The translations under genes and the position numbers were made by a program. From the NCBI GenBank assembly GCA_964016885.1, contig OZ024760.1, positions 27,156,001 to 27,220,000 on the forward strand: a stretch of DNA of 64,000 nt, read 5' to 3'. Within the stretch, counting starts at the first letter, position 1. The number at the start of each line of letters is the position of its first letter. The notes beneath the pieces are model-generated. The model ran no database searches and was not told the origin of the DNA. It saw only the letters and a program-made list of their open reading frames with translations. Positions 12,366 through 29,000 of the stretch are shown here, piece by piece. This stretch comes from Eledone cirrhosa (taxonomy: Eukaryota).

Positions 12366-12764
12366 TGATTTGGCAGTATCGGTAGAGGGTCAGATGCCAT
12401 GCTTTGCAGTATAGAGTTACGCCCCTGTATGGTCTGAGTTCAAATCCCACTGAGGTTAACTTTGCCTTTCATCCTTACGGGGTCGATAAAATAAAGTACC
12501 GGTCATGCACTGGAGTCAATTTCATTGACTTTTCCCTACCCCCAAAATTGCTGGCCTTGTGACTAAATAAGAAACCATTAATTATAATATATAATAATTG
12601 TTTCTACTTTTGGCACAAGGCCAGCAAATACCCAGTACATTACTGGTACTTTATTTTATCGACCCCTTAAGGATGAAAGGCAAAGTTAACCTCAGCGGGA
12701 TTTCAACTCAGATCATAAAGGGACGTAACTACGCTGGAAAGCATGGTGTCCGACCCTCTACCGA
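12366..12764. mobile_element. Two Meta-like SINEs tail to tail (12366-12580 plus, 12595-12764 minus)
   Basis: Both match 4067-4253, in opposite orientations. Confidence 0.8.
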
Positions 12765-13227
12765 ATGTTAATCATTTAAGCCAACAATCGTCAACGAACT
12801 AAACAATAACGACATAGACAAAAGGCGTGGTAGGTTGTGACAAGACTTTCGGATCCCCCTGTATACGGCTCGCAGATGAGGAAGTGTATTTCGTATGATT
12901 TGTGGTCCGTAAATGTTCAGTAACTGAAAGACGTAGCTAAACTATTTCTAGTTTAAAAATATAAGAAATAAAATAACTTGATGCAAAATATGAGCTCACA
13001 TCATACTAATCTTTGTATAGGTGTTAGCTAAAACTGCTAGTAATAGCAGCCAACAGTCTTAGCCAAATCTTCAAACCACACCCTAAGGTTTACTGTTTAA
13101 ATATACGAAGGGAACTAAAATATAATTTTTTAATAAGTTAATGGTCAAACTTGACTTTTACGAAGAGAAAAATACAAGCTCTTTCAAAAAGTAAATACAG
13201 CTTCATGTCTTAGTATATATGTACATG

Positions 13228-13277
<50 letters not shown>

Positions 13278-13624
13278 GATAAATCTACCAAAATATACGG
13301 TAGTGTCCAATCCGTATTAAGAACTGTAATCCAAATATCATGAAAAGTGAGGATGTATTCAACATTTTTTCGATGAAAAACACAGGAAAACAGAGTCAAG
13401 ATAAATTAATAAAAATAATGAATAAAAACAAAGAAACTGTTCCTTATATTAAAAAATTCATCATTTTTAGGATATATATGTGTGTGTTGGTATGTATATC
13501 ATATAGATCTATGTAAAAATTTTACAAACTATCAGAGGGAATATACATACCTACACATATATATGCTGTCTTCAGAAATAATGATATTTGTTTATTGAAA
13601 AAAAAACAACAAAGATTTAATATA

Positions 13625-13790
13625 TGTTTCTTTTATTTGCCACAAGGGCATCAAAAATGGGACAAGTACAATGGGGGGAGTTTACAAAACAAGGCGTCCT
13701 CAATAGGGAGGAGGCAATAACAATATATAAAAATAAAATAAAATATAACAAAAAATATAATAGGTCTGTTTGGGAACAGGTTTTGAATTG
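13625..13790 (-). mobile_element. Tx1/L1-like LINE 3' end
   Basis: The reverse complement ends CTTGTCCCATTTTTGATGCCCTTGTGGCAAATAAAAGAAAC, as at 39045-39088 and 39980-40037. Confidence 0.6.
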
Positions 13791-14051
13791 ACCAATAAAA
13801 GTTTGTATGTATGTAGCAGCAATGTGTTACTATATATATATATATATATATATACATGTACATATAATTATATATATATGTAGAAAGAAGAAAGGAAATG
13901 TAGATATAGCAACTGAATAAGAGAAAGGACATGTGGACATGTGCTGCATGTTAGAGGTGACATGGAGAGGTGCCTCAGCAAGGCTAATCACAGGCAAACA
14001 GCTTAGCTATAAACATTTCTGGTAGTAAACAATGATGGGTTAGGTCGGTGA

Positions 14052-17000
14052 CCAATAAACTCTCTATGTAATACTACATTCATATCCAATATACTCTATG
14101 TAATACTACATTCATATCCAATAAACTCTCTATGTAATACTACATTCATATCCAATAAACTCTATGTAATACTACATTCATATCCAATAAACTCTCTATG
14201 TAATACTACATTCATATCCAATAAACTCTATGTAATACTACATACATTCATATCCAATAAACTCTATGTAATACCACATTCATATCCAATAAACTCTCTA
14301 TGTAATACTACATTCATATCCAATAAACTCTATGTAATACTACATTCATATCCAATAAATTCTATGTAATACCACATTCATATCCAATAAACTCTCTATG
14401 TAATACCACATTCATATCCAATAAACTCTCTATGTAATACTACATTCATATCCAATAAAGTCTATGCAATACTACATTCATATCCAATAAACTCTCTATG
14501 TAATACCACATTCATATCCAATAAACTCTCTATGTAATACTACATTCATATCCAATAAACTCTACATTCATATCCAATAAACTCTCTATGTAATACCACA
14601 TTCATATCCAATAAACTCTCTATGTAATACTACATTCATATCCAATAAACTCTACATTCATATCCAATAAACTCTCTATGTAATACTACATTCATATCCA
14701 ATAAACTCTATGTAATACTACATTCATATCCAATAAATTCTATGTAATACCACATTCATATCCAATAAACTCTTTATGTAATACTACATTCATATCCAAT
14801 AAACTCTATGTAATACTACATTCATATCTAATAAACTCTATGTAATACTACATTCATATCCAATAAACTCTACATTCATATCCAATAAATTCTCTATGTA
14901 ATACCACATTCATATCCAATAAACTCTCTATGTAATACTACATTCATATCCAATAAACTCTATGTAATACTACATTCATATCCAATAAACTATACATTCA
15001 TATCCAATAAACTCGCTATGTAATACTACATTCATATCCAATAAACTCTCTGTAATACTACATTCATATCCAATAAACTCGCTATGTAATACTACATTCA
15101 TATCCAATAAACTCTCTGTAATACTACATTCATATCCAATAAACTATCTATGTAATACTACATTCATATCCAATAAACTCTATGTAATACTACATTCATA
15201 TCCAATAAACTCTATATTCATATCCAATAAACTCTCTATGTAATACCACATTCATATCCAATAAACTCTCTATGTAATACTACATTCATATCCAATAAAC
15301 TCTATGTAATACTACATACATATCCAATAAACTATATGTAATACTACATTCATATCCAATAAACTCTCTATGTAATACTACATTCATATCCAATAAACTC
15401 TATGTAATACTACATTCATATCCAATAAACTCTATGTAATACCACATTCATATCCAATAAACTCTCTATGTAATACTACATTCATATCCAATAAACTCTA
15501 TGTAATACTACATTCATATCCAATAAACTCTCTATGTAATACTACATTCATATCCAATAAACTATATGTAATACTACATTCATATCCAATAAACTCTATG
15601 TAATACCACATTCATATCCAATAAACTATATGTAATACTACATTCATATCCAATAAACTCTCTATGTAATACTACATTCATATCCAATAAACTCTCTATG
15701 TAATACCACATTCATATCCAATAAACTATATGTAATACTACATTCATATCCAATAAACTCTCTATGTAATACTACATTCATATCCAATAAACTCTCTATG
15801 TAATACTACATTCATATCCAATAAACTATATGTAATACTACATTCATATCCAATAAACTCTATGTAATACCACATTCATATCCAATAAACTATATGTAAT
15901 ACTACATTCATATCCAATAAACTCTCTATGTAATACCACATTCATATCCAATAAACTATATGTAATACTACATTCATATCCAATAAACTCTATGTAATAC
16001 TACATTCATATCCAATAAACTATATGTAATACTACATTCATATCCAATAAACTCTCTATGTAATACCACATTCATATCCAATAAACTATATGTAATACTA
16101 CATTCATATCCAATAAACTCTATGTAATACCACATTCATATCCAATAAACTATATGTAATACTACATTCATATCCAATAAACTCTCTATGTAATACCACA
16201 TTCATATCCAATAAACTATATGTAATACTACATTCATATCCAATAAACTCTATGTAATACCACATTCATATCCAATAAACTATATGTAATACTACATTCA
16301 TATCCAATAAACTCTCTATGTAATACCACATTCATATCCAATAAACTATATGTAATACTACATTCATATCCAATAAACTCTATGTAATACTACATACATA
16401 TCCAATAAACTATATGTAATACTACATTCATATCCAATAAACTCTCTATGTAATACTACATTCATATCCAATAAACTCTATGTAATACTACATTCATATC
16501 CAATAAACTCTATGTAATACCACATTCATATCCAATAAACTCTCTATGTAATACTACATTCATATCCAATAAACTCTATGTAATACCACATTCATATCCA
16601 ATAAACTCTCTATGTAATACTACATTCATATCCAATAAACTCTATGTAATACTACATTCATATCCAATAAACTCTATGTAATACCACATTCATATCCAAT
16701 AAACTCTCTATGTAATACTACATTCATATCCAATAAACTCTATGTAATACCACATTCATATCCAATAAACTCTCTATGTAATACTACATTCATATCCAAT
16801 AAACTCTCTATGTAATACTACATTCATATCCAATAAACTCTCTATGTAATACTACATTCATATCCAATAAACTCTATGTAATACTACATTCATATCCAAT
16901 AAACTCTATGTAATACCACATTCATATCCAATAAACTCTCTATGTAATACTACATTCATATCCAATAAACTCTATGTAATACTACATTCATATCCAATAA

Positions 17001-20000
17001 ATTCTATGTAATACCACATTCATATCCAATAAACTCTCTATGTAATACTACATTCATATCCAATAAACTCTATGTAATACTACATTCATATCCAATAAAC
17101 TCTCTATGTAATACCACATTCATATCCAATAAACTCTCTATGTAATACTACATTCATATCCAATAAAGTCTATGTAATACTACATTCATATCCAATAAAC
17201 TCTCTATGTAATACCACATTCATATCCAATAAACTCTCTATGTAATACTACATTCATATCCAATAAACTCTACATTCATATCCAATAAACTCTCTATGTA
17301 ATACAACATTCATATCCAATAAACTCTCTATGTAATACTACATTCATATCCAATAAACTCTATGTAATACTACATTCATATCCAATAAACTCTACATTCA
17401 TATCCAATAAACTCTCTATGTAATACCACATTCATATCCAATAAACTCTCTATGTAATACTACATTCATATCCAATAAACTCTATGTAATACTACATTCA
17501 TATCCAATAAATTCTATGTAATACCACATTCATATCCAATAAACTCTCTATGTAATACTACATTCATATCCAATAAACTCTATGTAATACTACATTCATA
17601 TCCAATAAACTCTACATTCATATCCAATAAACTCTCTATGTAATACCACATTCATATCCAATAAACTCTCTATGTAATACTACATTCATATCCAATAAAC
17701 TCTATGTAATACTACATTCATATCCAATAAACTCTCTATGTAATACTACATTCATATCCAATAAACACTATGTAATACTACATTCATATCCAATAAACTC
17801 TATGTAATACTACATTCATATCCAATAAACTATCTATGTAATACTACATTCATATCCAATAAACTCTATGTAATACTACATTCATATCCAATAAACTCTA
17901 CATTCATATCCAATAAACTCTATGTAATACTACATTCATATCCAATAAACTCTATGTAATACTACATTCATATCCAATAAACTCTACATTCATATCCAAT
18001 AAACTCTCTATGTAATACCACATTCATATCCAATAAACTCTCTATGTAATACTACATTCATATCCAATAAACTCTATGTAATACTACATTCATATCCAAT
18101 AAACTCTCTATGTAATACTACATTCATATCCAATAAACACTATGTAATACTACATTCATATCCAATAAACTCTATGTAATACTACATTCATATCCAATAA
18201 ACTCTACATTCATATCCAATAAACTATCTATGTAATACTACATTCATATCCAATAAACTCTATGTAATACTACATTCATATCCAATAAACTCTATGTAAT
18301 ACTACATTCATATCCAATAAACTCTATGTAATACTACATTCATATCCAATAAACTATCTCTGTAATACTACATTCATATCCAATAAACTCTATGTAATAC
18401 TACATTCATATCCAATAAACTCTATGTAATACTACATTCATATCCAATAAACTCTATGTAATACTACATTCATATCCAATAAATTCTATCTAATACTACA
18501 TTCATATCCAATAAACTCTATGTAATACTACATTCATATCCAATAAACTCTACATTCATATCCAATAAACTCTCTATGTAATACCACATTCATATCCAAT
18601 AAGCTCTCTATGTAATACTACATTCATATCCAATAAACTCTACATTCATATCCAATAAATTCTATGTAATACCACATTCATATCCAATAAACTCTCTATG
18701 TAATACTACATTCATATCCAATAAACTCTATGTAATACTACATTCATATCCAATAAACTCTACATTCATATCCAATAAACTCTCTATGTAATACTACATT
18801 CATATCCAATAAACTCTCTATGTAATACTACATTCATATCCAATAAACTCTATGTAATACTACATTCATATCCAATAAACTCTATGTAATACTACATTCA
18901 TATCCAATAAACTATATGTAATACTACATTCATATCCAATAAACTCTACATTCATATCCAATAAACTCTATGTAATACTACATTCATATCCAATAAACTA
19001 TCTATGTAATACTACATTCATATCCAATAAACTCTATGTAATACTACATTCATATCCAATAAACTATCTATGTAATACTACATTCATATCCAATAAACTC
19101 TCTATGTAGTACTACATTCATATCCAATAAACTCTATGTAATACCACATTCATATCCAATAAACTCTATGTAATACTACATTCATATCCAATAAACTCTA
19201 CGTAATACTACATTCATATCCAATAAACTCTCTATGTAATACTACATTCATATCCAATAAACTCTATGTAATACTACATTCATATCCAATAAACTCTATG
19301 TAATACTACATTCATATCCAATAAACTCTCTATGTAATACTACATTCATATCCAATAAACTCTCTATGTAATACTACATTCATATCCAATAAACTCTATG
19401 TAATACCACATTCATATCCAATAAGCTCTCTATGTAATACTACATTCATATCCAATAAACTCTACATTCATATCCAATAAACTCTATGTAATACCACATT
19501 CATATCCAATAAACTCTATGTAATACTACATTCATATCCAATAAACTCTATGTAATACTACATTCATATCCAATAAACTCTATGTAATACTACATTCATA
19601 TCCAATAAACTCTATGTAATACTACATTCATATCCAATAAACTCTATGTAATACTACATTCATATCCAATAAACTATCTATGTAATACTACATTCATATC
19701 CAATAAACTCTATGTAATACTACATTCATATCCAATAAACTATCTATGTAATACTACATTCATATCCAATAAACTCTATGTAATACTACATTCATATCCA
19801 ATAAACTATCTATGTAATACTACATTCATATCCAATAAACTCTCTATGTAATACTACATTCATATCCAATAAACTCTATGTAATACCACATTCATATCCA
19901 ATAAACTATCTATGTAATACTACATTCATATCCAATAAACTCTATGTAATACTACATTCATATCCAATAAACTCTACATTCATATCCAATAAACTCTCTA

Positions 20001-23000
20001 TGTAATACCACATTCATATCCAATAAACTCTCTATGTAATACTACATTCATATCCAATAAACTCTATGTAATACTACATTCATATCCAATAAACTCTCTA
20101 TGTAATACTACATTCATATCCAATAAACACTATGTAATACTACATTCATATCCAATAAACTCTATGTAATACTACATTCATATCCAATAAACTATCTATG
20201 TAATACTACATTCATATCCAATAAACTCTATGTAATACTACATTCATATCCAATAAACTCTACATTCATATCCAATAAACTCTATGTAATACTACATTCA
20301 TATCCAATAAACTCTATGTAATACTACATTCATATCCAATAAACTCTACATTCATATCCAATAAACTCTCTATGTAATACCACATTCATATCCAATAAAC
20401 TCTCTATGTAATACTACATTCATATCCAATAAACTCTATGTAATACTACATTCATATCCAATAAACTCTCTATGTAATACTACATTCATATCCAATAAAC
20501 ACTATGTAATACTACATTCATATCCAATAAACTCTATGTAATACTACATTCATATCCAATAAACTCTACATTCATATCCAATAAACTATCTATGTAATAC
20601 TACATTTATATCCAATAAACTCTATGTAATACTACATTCATATCCAATAAACTCTATGTAATACTACATTCATATCCAATAAACTCTATGTAATACTACA
20701 TTCATATCCAATAAACTATCTCTGTAATACTACATTCATATCCAATAAACTCTATGTAATACTACATTCATATCCAATAAACTCTATGTAATACTACATT
20801 CATATCCAATAAACTCTATGTAATACTACATTCATATCCAATAAATTCTATCTAATACTACATTCATATCCAATAAACTCTATGTAATACTACATTCATA
20901 TCCAATAAACTCTACATTCATATCCAATAAACTCTCTATGTAATACCACATTCATATCCAATAAGCTCTCTATGTAATACTACATTCATATCCAATAAAC
21001 TCTACATTCATATCCAATAAATTCTATGTAATACCACATTCATATCCAATAAACTCTCTATGTAATACTACATTCATATCCAATAAACTCTATGTAATAC
21101 TACATTCATATCCAATAAACTCTACATTCATATCCAATAAACTCTCTATGTAATACTACATTCATATCCAATAAACTCTCTATGTAATACTACATTCATA
21201 TCCAATAAACTCTATGTAATACTACATTCATATCCAATAAACTCTATGTAATACTACATTCATATCCAATAAACTATATGTAATACTACATTCATATCCA
21301 ATAAACTCTACATTCATATCCAATAAACTCTATGTAATACTACATTCATATCCAATAAACTATCTATGTAATACTACATTCATATCCAATAAACTCTATG
21401 TAATACTACATTCATATCCAATAAACTATCTATGTAATACTACATTCATATCCAATAAACTCTCTATGTAGTACTACATTCATATCCAATAAACTCTATG
21501 TAATACCACATTCATATCCAATAAACTCTATGTAATACTACATTCATATCCAATAAACTCTACGTAATACTACATTCATATCCAATAAACTCTCTATGTA
21601 ATACTACATTCATATCCAATAAACTCTATGTAATACTACATTCATATCCAATAAACTCTATGTAATACTACATTCATATCCAATAAACTCTCTATGTAAT
21701 ACTACATTCATATCCAATAAACTCTCTATGTAATACTACATTCATATCCAATAAACTCTATGTAATACCACATTCATATCCAATAAGCTCTCTATGTAAT
21801 ACTACATTCATATCCAATAAACTCTACATTCATATCCAATAAACTCTATGTAATACCACATTCATATCCAATAAACTCTATGTAATACTACATTCATATC
21901 CAATAAACTCTATGTAATACTACATTCATATCCAATAAACTCTATGTAATACTACATTCATATCCAATAAACTCTATGTAATACTACATTCATATCCAAT
22001 AAACTCTATGTAATACTACATTCATATCCAATAAACTATCTATGTAATACTACATTCATATCCAATAAACTCTATGTAATACTACATTCATATCCAATAA
22101 ACTATCTATGTAATACTACATTCATATCCAATAAACTCTATGTAATACTACATTCATATCCAATAAACTATCTATGTAATACTACATTCATATCCAATAA
22201 ACTCTCTATGTAATACTACATTCATATCCAATAAACTCTATGTAATACCACATTCATATCCAATAAACTATCTATGTAATACTACATTCATATCCAATAA
22301 ACTCTATGTAATACTACATTCATATCCAATAAACTATCTATGTAATACTACATTCATATCCAATAAACTCTATGTAATACTACATTCATATCCAATAAAC
22401 TATCTATGTAATACTACATTCATATCCAATAAACTCTATGTAATACTACATTCATATCCAATAAACTATCTATGTAATACTACATTCATATCCAATAAAC
22501 TCTCTATGTAATACTACATTCATATCCAATAAACTCTATGTAATACTACATTCATATCCAATAAACTCTATGTAATACCACATTCATATCCAATAAACTC
22601 TATGTAATACTACATTCATATCCAATAAACTCTATGTAATACTACATTCATATCCAATAAACTCTATGTAATACTACATTCATATCCAATAAACTCTATG
22701 TAATACTACATTCATATCCAATAAACTCTATGTAATACTACAATCATATCCAATAAACTCTCTCTGTAATACTACATTCATATCCAATAAACTCTATGTA
22801 ATACTACATTCATATCCAATAAACTCTATCTAATACTACATTCATATCCAATAAACTCTATGTAATACTACATTCATATCCAATAAACTCTATCTAATAC
22901 TACATTCATATCCAATAAACTCTATGTAATACTACATTCATATCCAATAAACTCTATCTAATACTACATTCATATCCAATAAACTCTATGTAATACTACA

Positions 23001-26000
23001 TTCATATCCAATAAACTCATTATATAATACTACATTCATATCCAATAAACTATATGTAATACTACATTCATATCCAATAAACTATCTATGTAATACTACA
23101 TTCATATCCAATAAACTCTCTATGTAATACTACATTCATATCCAATAAACTCTCTATGTAATACTACATTCATATCCAATAAACTCTCTATGTAATACTA
23201 CATTCATATCCAATAAACTCTATGTAATACTACATTCATATCCAATAAACTCTATCTAATACTACATTCATATCCAATAAACTCTATGTAATACTACATT
23301 CATATCCAATAAATTCTATGTAATACTACATTCATATACAATAAACTCTATGTAATACTACATTCATATCCAATAAACTATCTATGTAATACTACATTCA
23401 TATCCAATAAACTATCTATGTAATACTACATTCATATCCAATAAACTCTCTATGTAATACTACATTCATATCCAATAAACTCTATGTAATACTACATTCA
23501 TATCCAATAAACACTATGTAATACTACATTCATATCCAATAAACACTATGTAATACTACATTCATATCCAATAAACTCTCTATGTAATACTACATTCATA
23601 TCCAATAAACTCTATGTAATACTACATTCATATCCAATAAACTCTATGTAATACCACATTCATATCCAATAAACTCTCTATGTAATACTACATTCATATC
23701 CAATAAACTCTATGTAATACTACATTCATATCCAATAAATTCTATGTAATACCACATTCATATCCAATAAACTCTATGTAATACTACATTCATATCCAAT
23801 AAACTCATTATGTAATACTACATTCATATCCAATAAACTATATGTAATACTACATTCATATCCAATAAACTATCTATGTAATACTACATTCATATCCAAT
23901 AAACTCTCTATGTAATACTACATTCATATCCAATAAACTCTCTATGTAATACTACATTCATATCCAATAAACTCTCTATGTAATACTACATTCATATCCA
24001 ATAAACTCTATGTAATACTACATTCATATCCAATAAACTCTATCTAATACTACATTCATATCCAATAAACTCTATGTAATACTACATTCATATCCAATAA
24101 ATTCTATGTAATACTACATTCATATACAATAAACTCTATGTAATACTACATTCATATCCAATAAACTATCTATGTAATACTACATTCATATCCAATAAAC
24201 TATCTATGTAATACTACATTCATATCCAATAAACTCTCTATGTAATACTACATTCATATCCAATAAACTCTATGTAATACTACATTCATATCCAATAAAC
24301 ACTATGTAATACTACATTCATATCCAATAAACACTATGTAATACTACATTCATATCCAATAAACTCTCTATGTAATACTACATTCATATCCAATAAACTC
24401 TATGTAATACTACATTCATATCCAATAAACTCTATGTAATACCACATTCATATCCAATAAACTCTCTATGTAATACTACATTCATATCCAATAAACTCTA
24501 TGTAATACTACATTCATATCCAATAAATTCTATGTAATACCACATTCATATCCAATAAACTCTCTATGTAATACTACATTCATATCCAATAAACTCTATG
24601 TAATACTACATTCATATCCAATAAACTCTCTATGTAATACCACATTCATATCCAATAAACTCTCTATGTAATACTACATTCATATCCAATAAAGTCTATG
24701 TAATACTACATTCATATCCAATAAACTCTCTATGTAATACCACATTCATATCCAATAAACTCTCTATGTAATACTACATTCATATCCAATAAACTCTACA
24801 TTCATATCCAATAAACTCTCTATGTAATACAACATTCATATCCAATAAACTCTCTATGTAATACTACATTCATATCCAATAAACTCTATGTAATACTACA
24901 TTCATATCCAATAAACTCTACATTCATATCCAATAAACTCTCTATGTAATACCACATTCATATCCAATAAACTCTCTATGTAATACTACATTCATATCCA
25001 ATAAACTCTATGTAATACTACATTCATATCCAATAAATTCTATGTAATACCACATTCATATCCAATAAACTCTCTATGTAATACTACATTCATATCCAAT
25101 AAACTCTATGTAATACTACATTCATATCCAATAAACTCTACATTCATATCCAATAAACTCTCTATGTAATACCACATTCATATCCAATAAACTCTCTATG
25201 TAATACTACATTCATATCCAATAAACTCTATGTAATACTACATTCATATCCAATAAACTCTCTATGTAATACTACATTCATATCCAATAAACACTATGTA
25301 ATACTACATTCATATCCAATAAACTCTATGTAATACTACATTCATATCCAATAAACTATCTATGTAATACTACATTCATATCCAATAAACTCTATGTAAT
25401 ACTACATTCATATCCAATAAACTCTACATTCATATCCAATAAACTCTATGTAATACTACATTCATATCCAATAAACTCTATGTAATACTACATTCATATC
25501 CAATAAACTCTACATTCATATCCAATAAACTCTCTATGTAATACCACATTCATATCCAATAAACTCTCTATGTAATACTACATTCATATCCAATAAACTC
25601 TATGTAATACTACATTCATATCCAATAAACTCTCTATGTAATACTACATTCATATCCAATAAACACTATGTAATACTACATTCATATCCAATAAACTCTA
25701 TGTAATACTACATTCATATCCAATAAACTCTACATTCATATCCAATAAACTATCTATGTAATACTACATTCATATCCAATAAACTCTATGTAATACTACA
25801 TTCATATCCAATAAACTCTATGTAATACTACATTCATATCCAATAAACTCTATGTAATACTACATTCATATCCAATAAACTATCTCTGTAATACTACATT
25901 CATATCCAATAAACTCTATGTAATACTACATTCATATCCAATAAACTCTATGTAATACTACATTCATATCCAATAAACTCTATGTAATACTACATTCATA

Positions 26001-29000
26001 TCCAATAAATTCTATCTAATACTACATTCATATCCAATAAACTCTATGTAATACTACATTCATATCCAATAAACTCTACATTCATATCCAATAAACTCTC
26101 TATGTAATACCACATTCATATCCAATAAGCTCTCTATGTAATACTACATTCATATCCAATAAACTCTACATTCATATCCAATAAATTCTATGTAATACCA
26201 CATTCATATCCAATAAACTCTCTATGTAATACTACATTCATATCCAATAAACTCTATGTAATACTACATTCATATCCAATAAACTCTACATTCATATCCA
26301 ATAAACTCTCTATGTAATACTACATTCATATCCAATAAACTCTCTATGTAATACTACATTCATATCCAATAAACTCTATGTAATACTACATTCATATCCA
26401 ATAAACTCTATGTAATACTACATTCATATCCAATAAACTATATGTAATACTACATTCATATCCAATAAACTCTACATTCATATCCAATAAACTCTATGTA
26501 ATACTACATTCATATCCAATAAACTATCTATGTAATACTACATTCATATCCAATAAACTCTATGTAATACTACATTCATATCCAATAAACTATCTATGTA
26601 ATACTACATTCATATCCAATAAACTCTCTATGTAGTACTACATTCATATCCAATAAACTCTATGTAATACCACATTCATATCCAATAAACTCTATGTAAT
26701 ACTACATTCATATCCAATAAACTCTACGTAATACTACATTCATATCCAATAAACTCTCTATGTAATACTACATTCATATCCAATAAACTCTATGTAATAC
26801 TACATTCATATCCAATAAACTCTATGTAATACTACATTCATATCCAATAAACTCTCTATGTAATACTACATTCATATCCAATAAACTCTCTATGTAATAC
26901 TACATTCATATCCAATAAACTCTATGTAATACCACATTCATATCCAATAAGCTCTCTATGTAATACTACATTCATATCCAATAAACTCTACATTCATATC
27001 CAATAAACTCTATGTAATACCACATTCATATCCAATAAACTCTATGTAATACTACATTCATATCCAATAAACTCTATGTAATACTACATTCATATCCAAT
27101 AAACTCTATGTAATACTACATTCATATCCAATAAACTCTATGTAATACTACATTCATATCCAATAAACTCTATGTAATACTACATTCATATCCAATAAAC
27201 TATCTATGTAATACTACATTCATATCCAATAAACTCTATGTAATACTACATTCATATCCAATAAACTATCTATGTAATACTACATTCATATCCAATAAAC
27301 TCTATGTAATACTACATTCATATCCAATAAACTATCTATGTAATACTACATTCATATCCAATAAACTCTCTATGTAATACTACATTCATATCCAATAAAC
27401 TCTATGTAATACCACATTCATATCCAATAAACTATCTATGTAATACTACATTCATATCCAATAAACTCTATGTAATACTACATTCATATCCAATAAACTC
27501 TACATTCATATCCAATAAACTCTCTATGTAATACCACATTCATATCCAATAAACTCTCTATGTAATACTACATTCATATCCAATAAACTCTATGTAATAC
27601 TACATTCATATCCAATAAACTCTCTATGTAATACTACATTCATATCCAATAAACACTATGTAATACTACATTCATATCCAATAAACTCTATGTAATACTA
27701 CATTCATATCCAATAAACTATCTATGTAATACTACATTCATATCCAATAAACTCTATGTAATACTACATTCATATCCAATAAACTCTACATTCATATCCA
27801 ATAAACTCTATGTAATACTACATTCATATCCAATAAACTCTATGTAATACTACATTCATATCCAATAAACTCTACATTCATATCCAATAAACTCTCTATG
27901 TAATACCACATTCATATCCAATAAACTCTCTATGTAATACTACATTCATATCCAATAAACTCTATGTAATACTACATTCATATCCAATAAACTCTCTATG
28001 TAATACTACATTCATATCCAATAAACACTATGTAATACTACATTCATATCCAATAAACTCTATGTAATACTACATTCATATCCAATAAACTCTACATTCA
28101 TATCCAATAAACTATCTATGTAATACTACATTCATATCCAATAAACTCTATGTAATACTACATTCATATCCAATAAACTCTATGTAATACTACATTCATA
28201 TCCAATAAACTCTATGTAATACTACATTCATATCCAATAAACTATCTCTGTAATACTACATTCATATCCAATAAACTCTATGTAATACTACATTCATATC
28301 CAATAAACTCTATGTAATACTACATTCATATCCAATAAACTCTATGTAATACTACATTCATATCCAATAAATTCTATCTAATACTACATTCATATCCAAT
28401 AAACTCTATGTAATACTACATTCATATCCAATAAACTCTACATTCATATCCAATAAACTCTCTATGTAATACCACATTCATATCCAATAAGCTCTCTATG
28501 TAATACTACATTCATATCCAATAAACTCTACATTCATATCCAATAAATTCTATGTAATACCACATTCATATCCAATAAACTCTCTATGTAATACTACATT
28601 CATATCCAATAAACTCTATGTAATACTACATTCATATCCAATAAACTCTACATTCATATCCAATAAACTCTCTATGTAATACTACATTCATATCCAATAA
28701 ACTCTCTATGTAATACTACATTCATATCCAATAAACTCTATGTAATACTACATTCATATCCAATAAACTCTATGTAATACTACATTCATATCCAATAAAC
28801 TATATGTAATACTACATTCATATCCAATAAACTCTACATTCATATCCAATAAACTCTATGTAATACTACATTCATATCCAATAAACTATCTATGTAATAC
28901 TACATTCATATCCAATAAACTCTATGTAATACTACATTCATATCCAATAAACTATCTATGTAATACTACATTCATATCCAATAAACTCTCTATGTAGTAC

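Larger units (their letters stand above)
10741..12861. mobile_element. Tc1/mariner-like TIR pair enclosing nested insertions
   Basis: CAGGGTAGTCCGAAAGTCTTGTCACCCCCTAC (10741) is inverted to GTAGGTTGTGACAAGACTTTCGGATCCCCCTG (12830-12861), which is followed by TA. No transposase seen. Confidence 0.6.
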
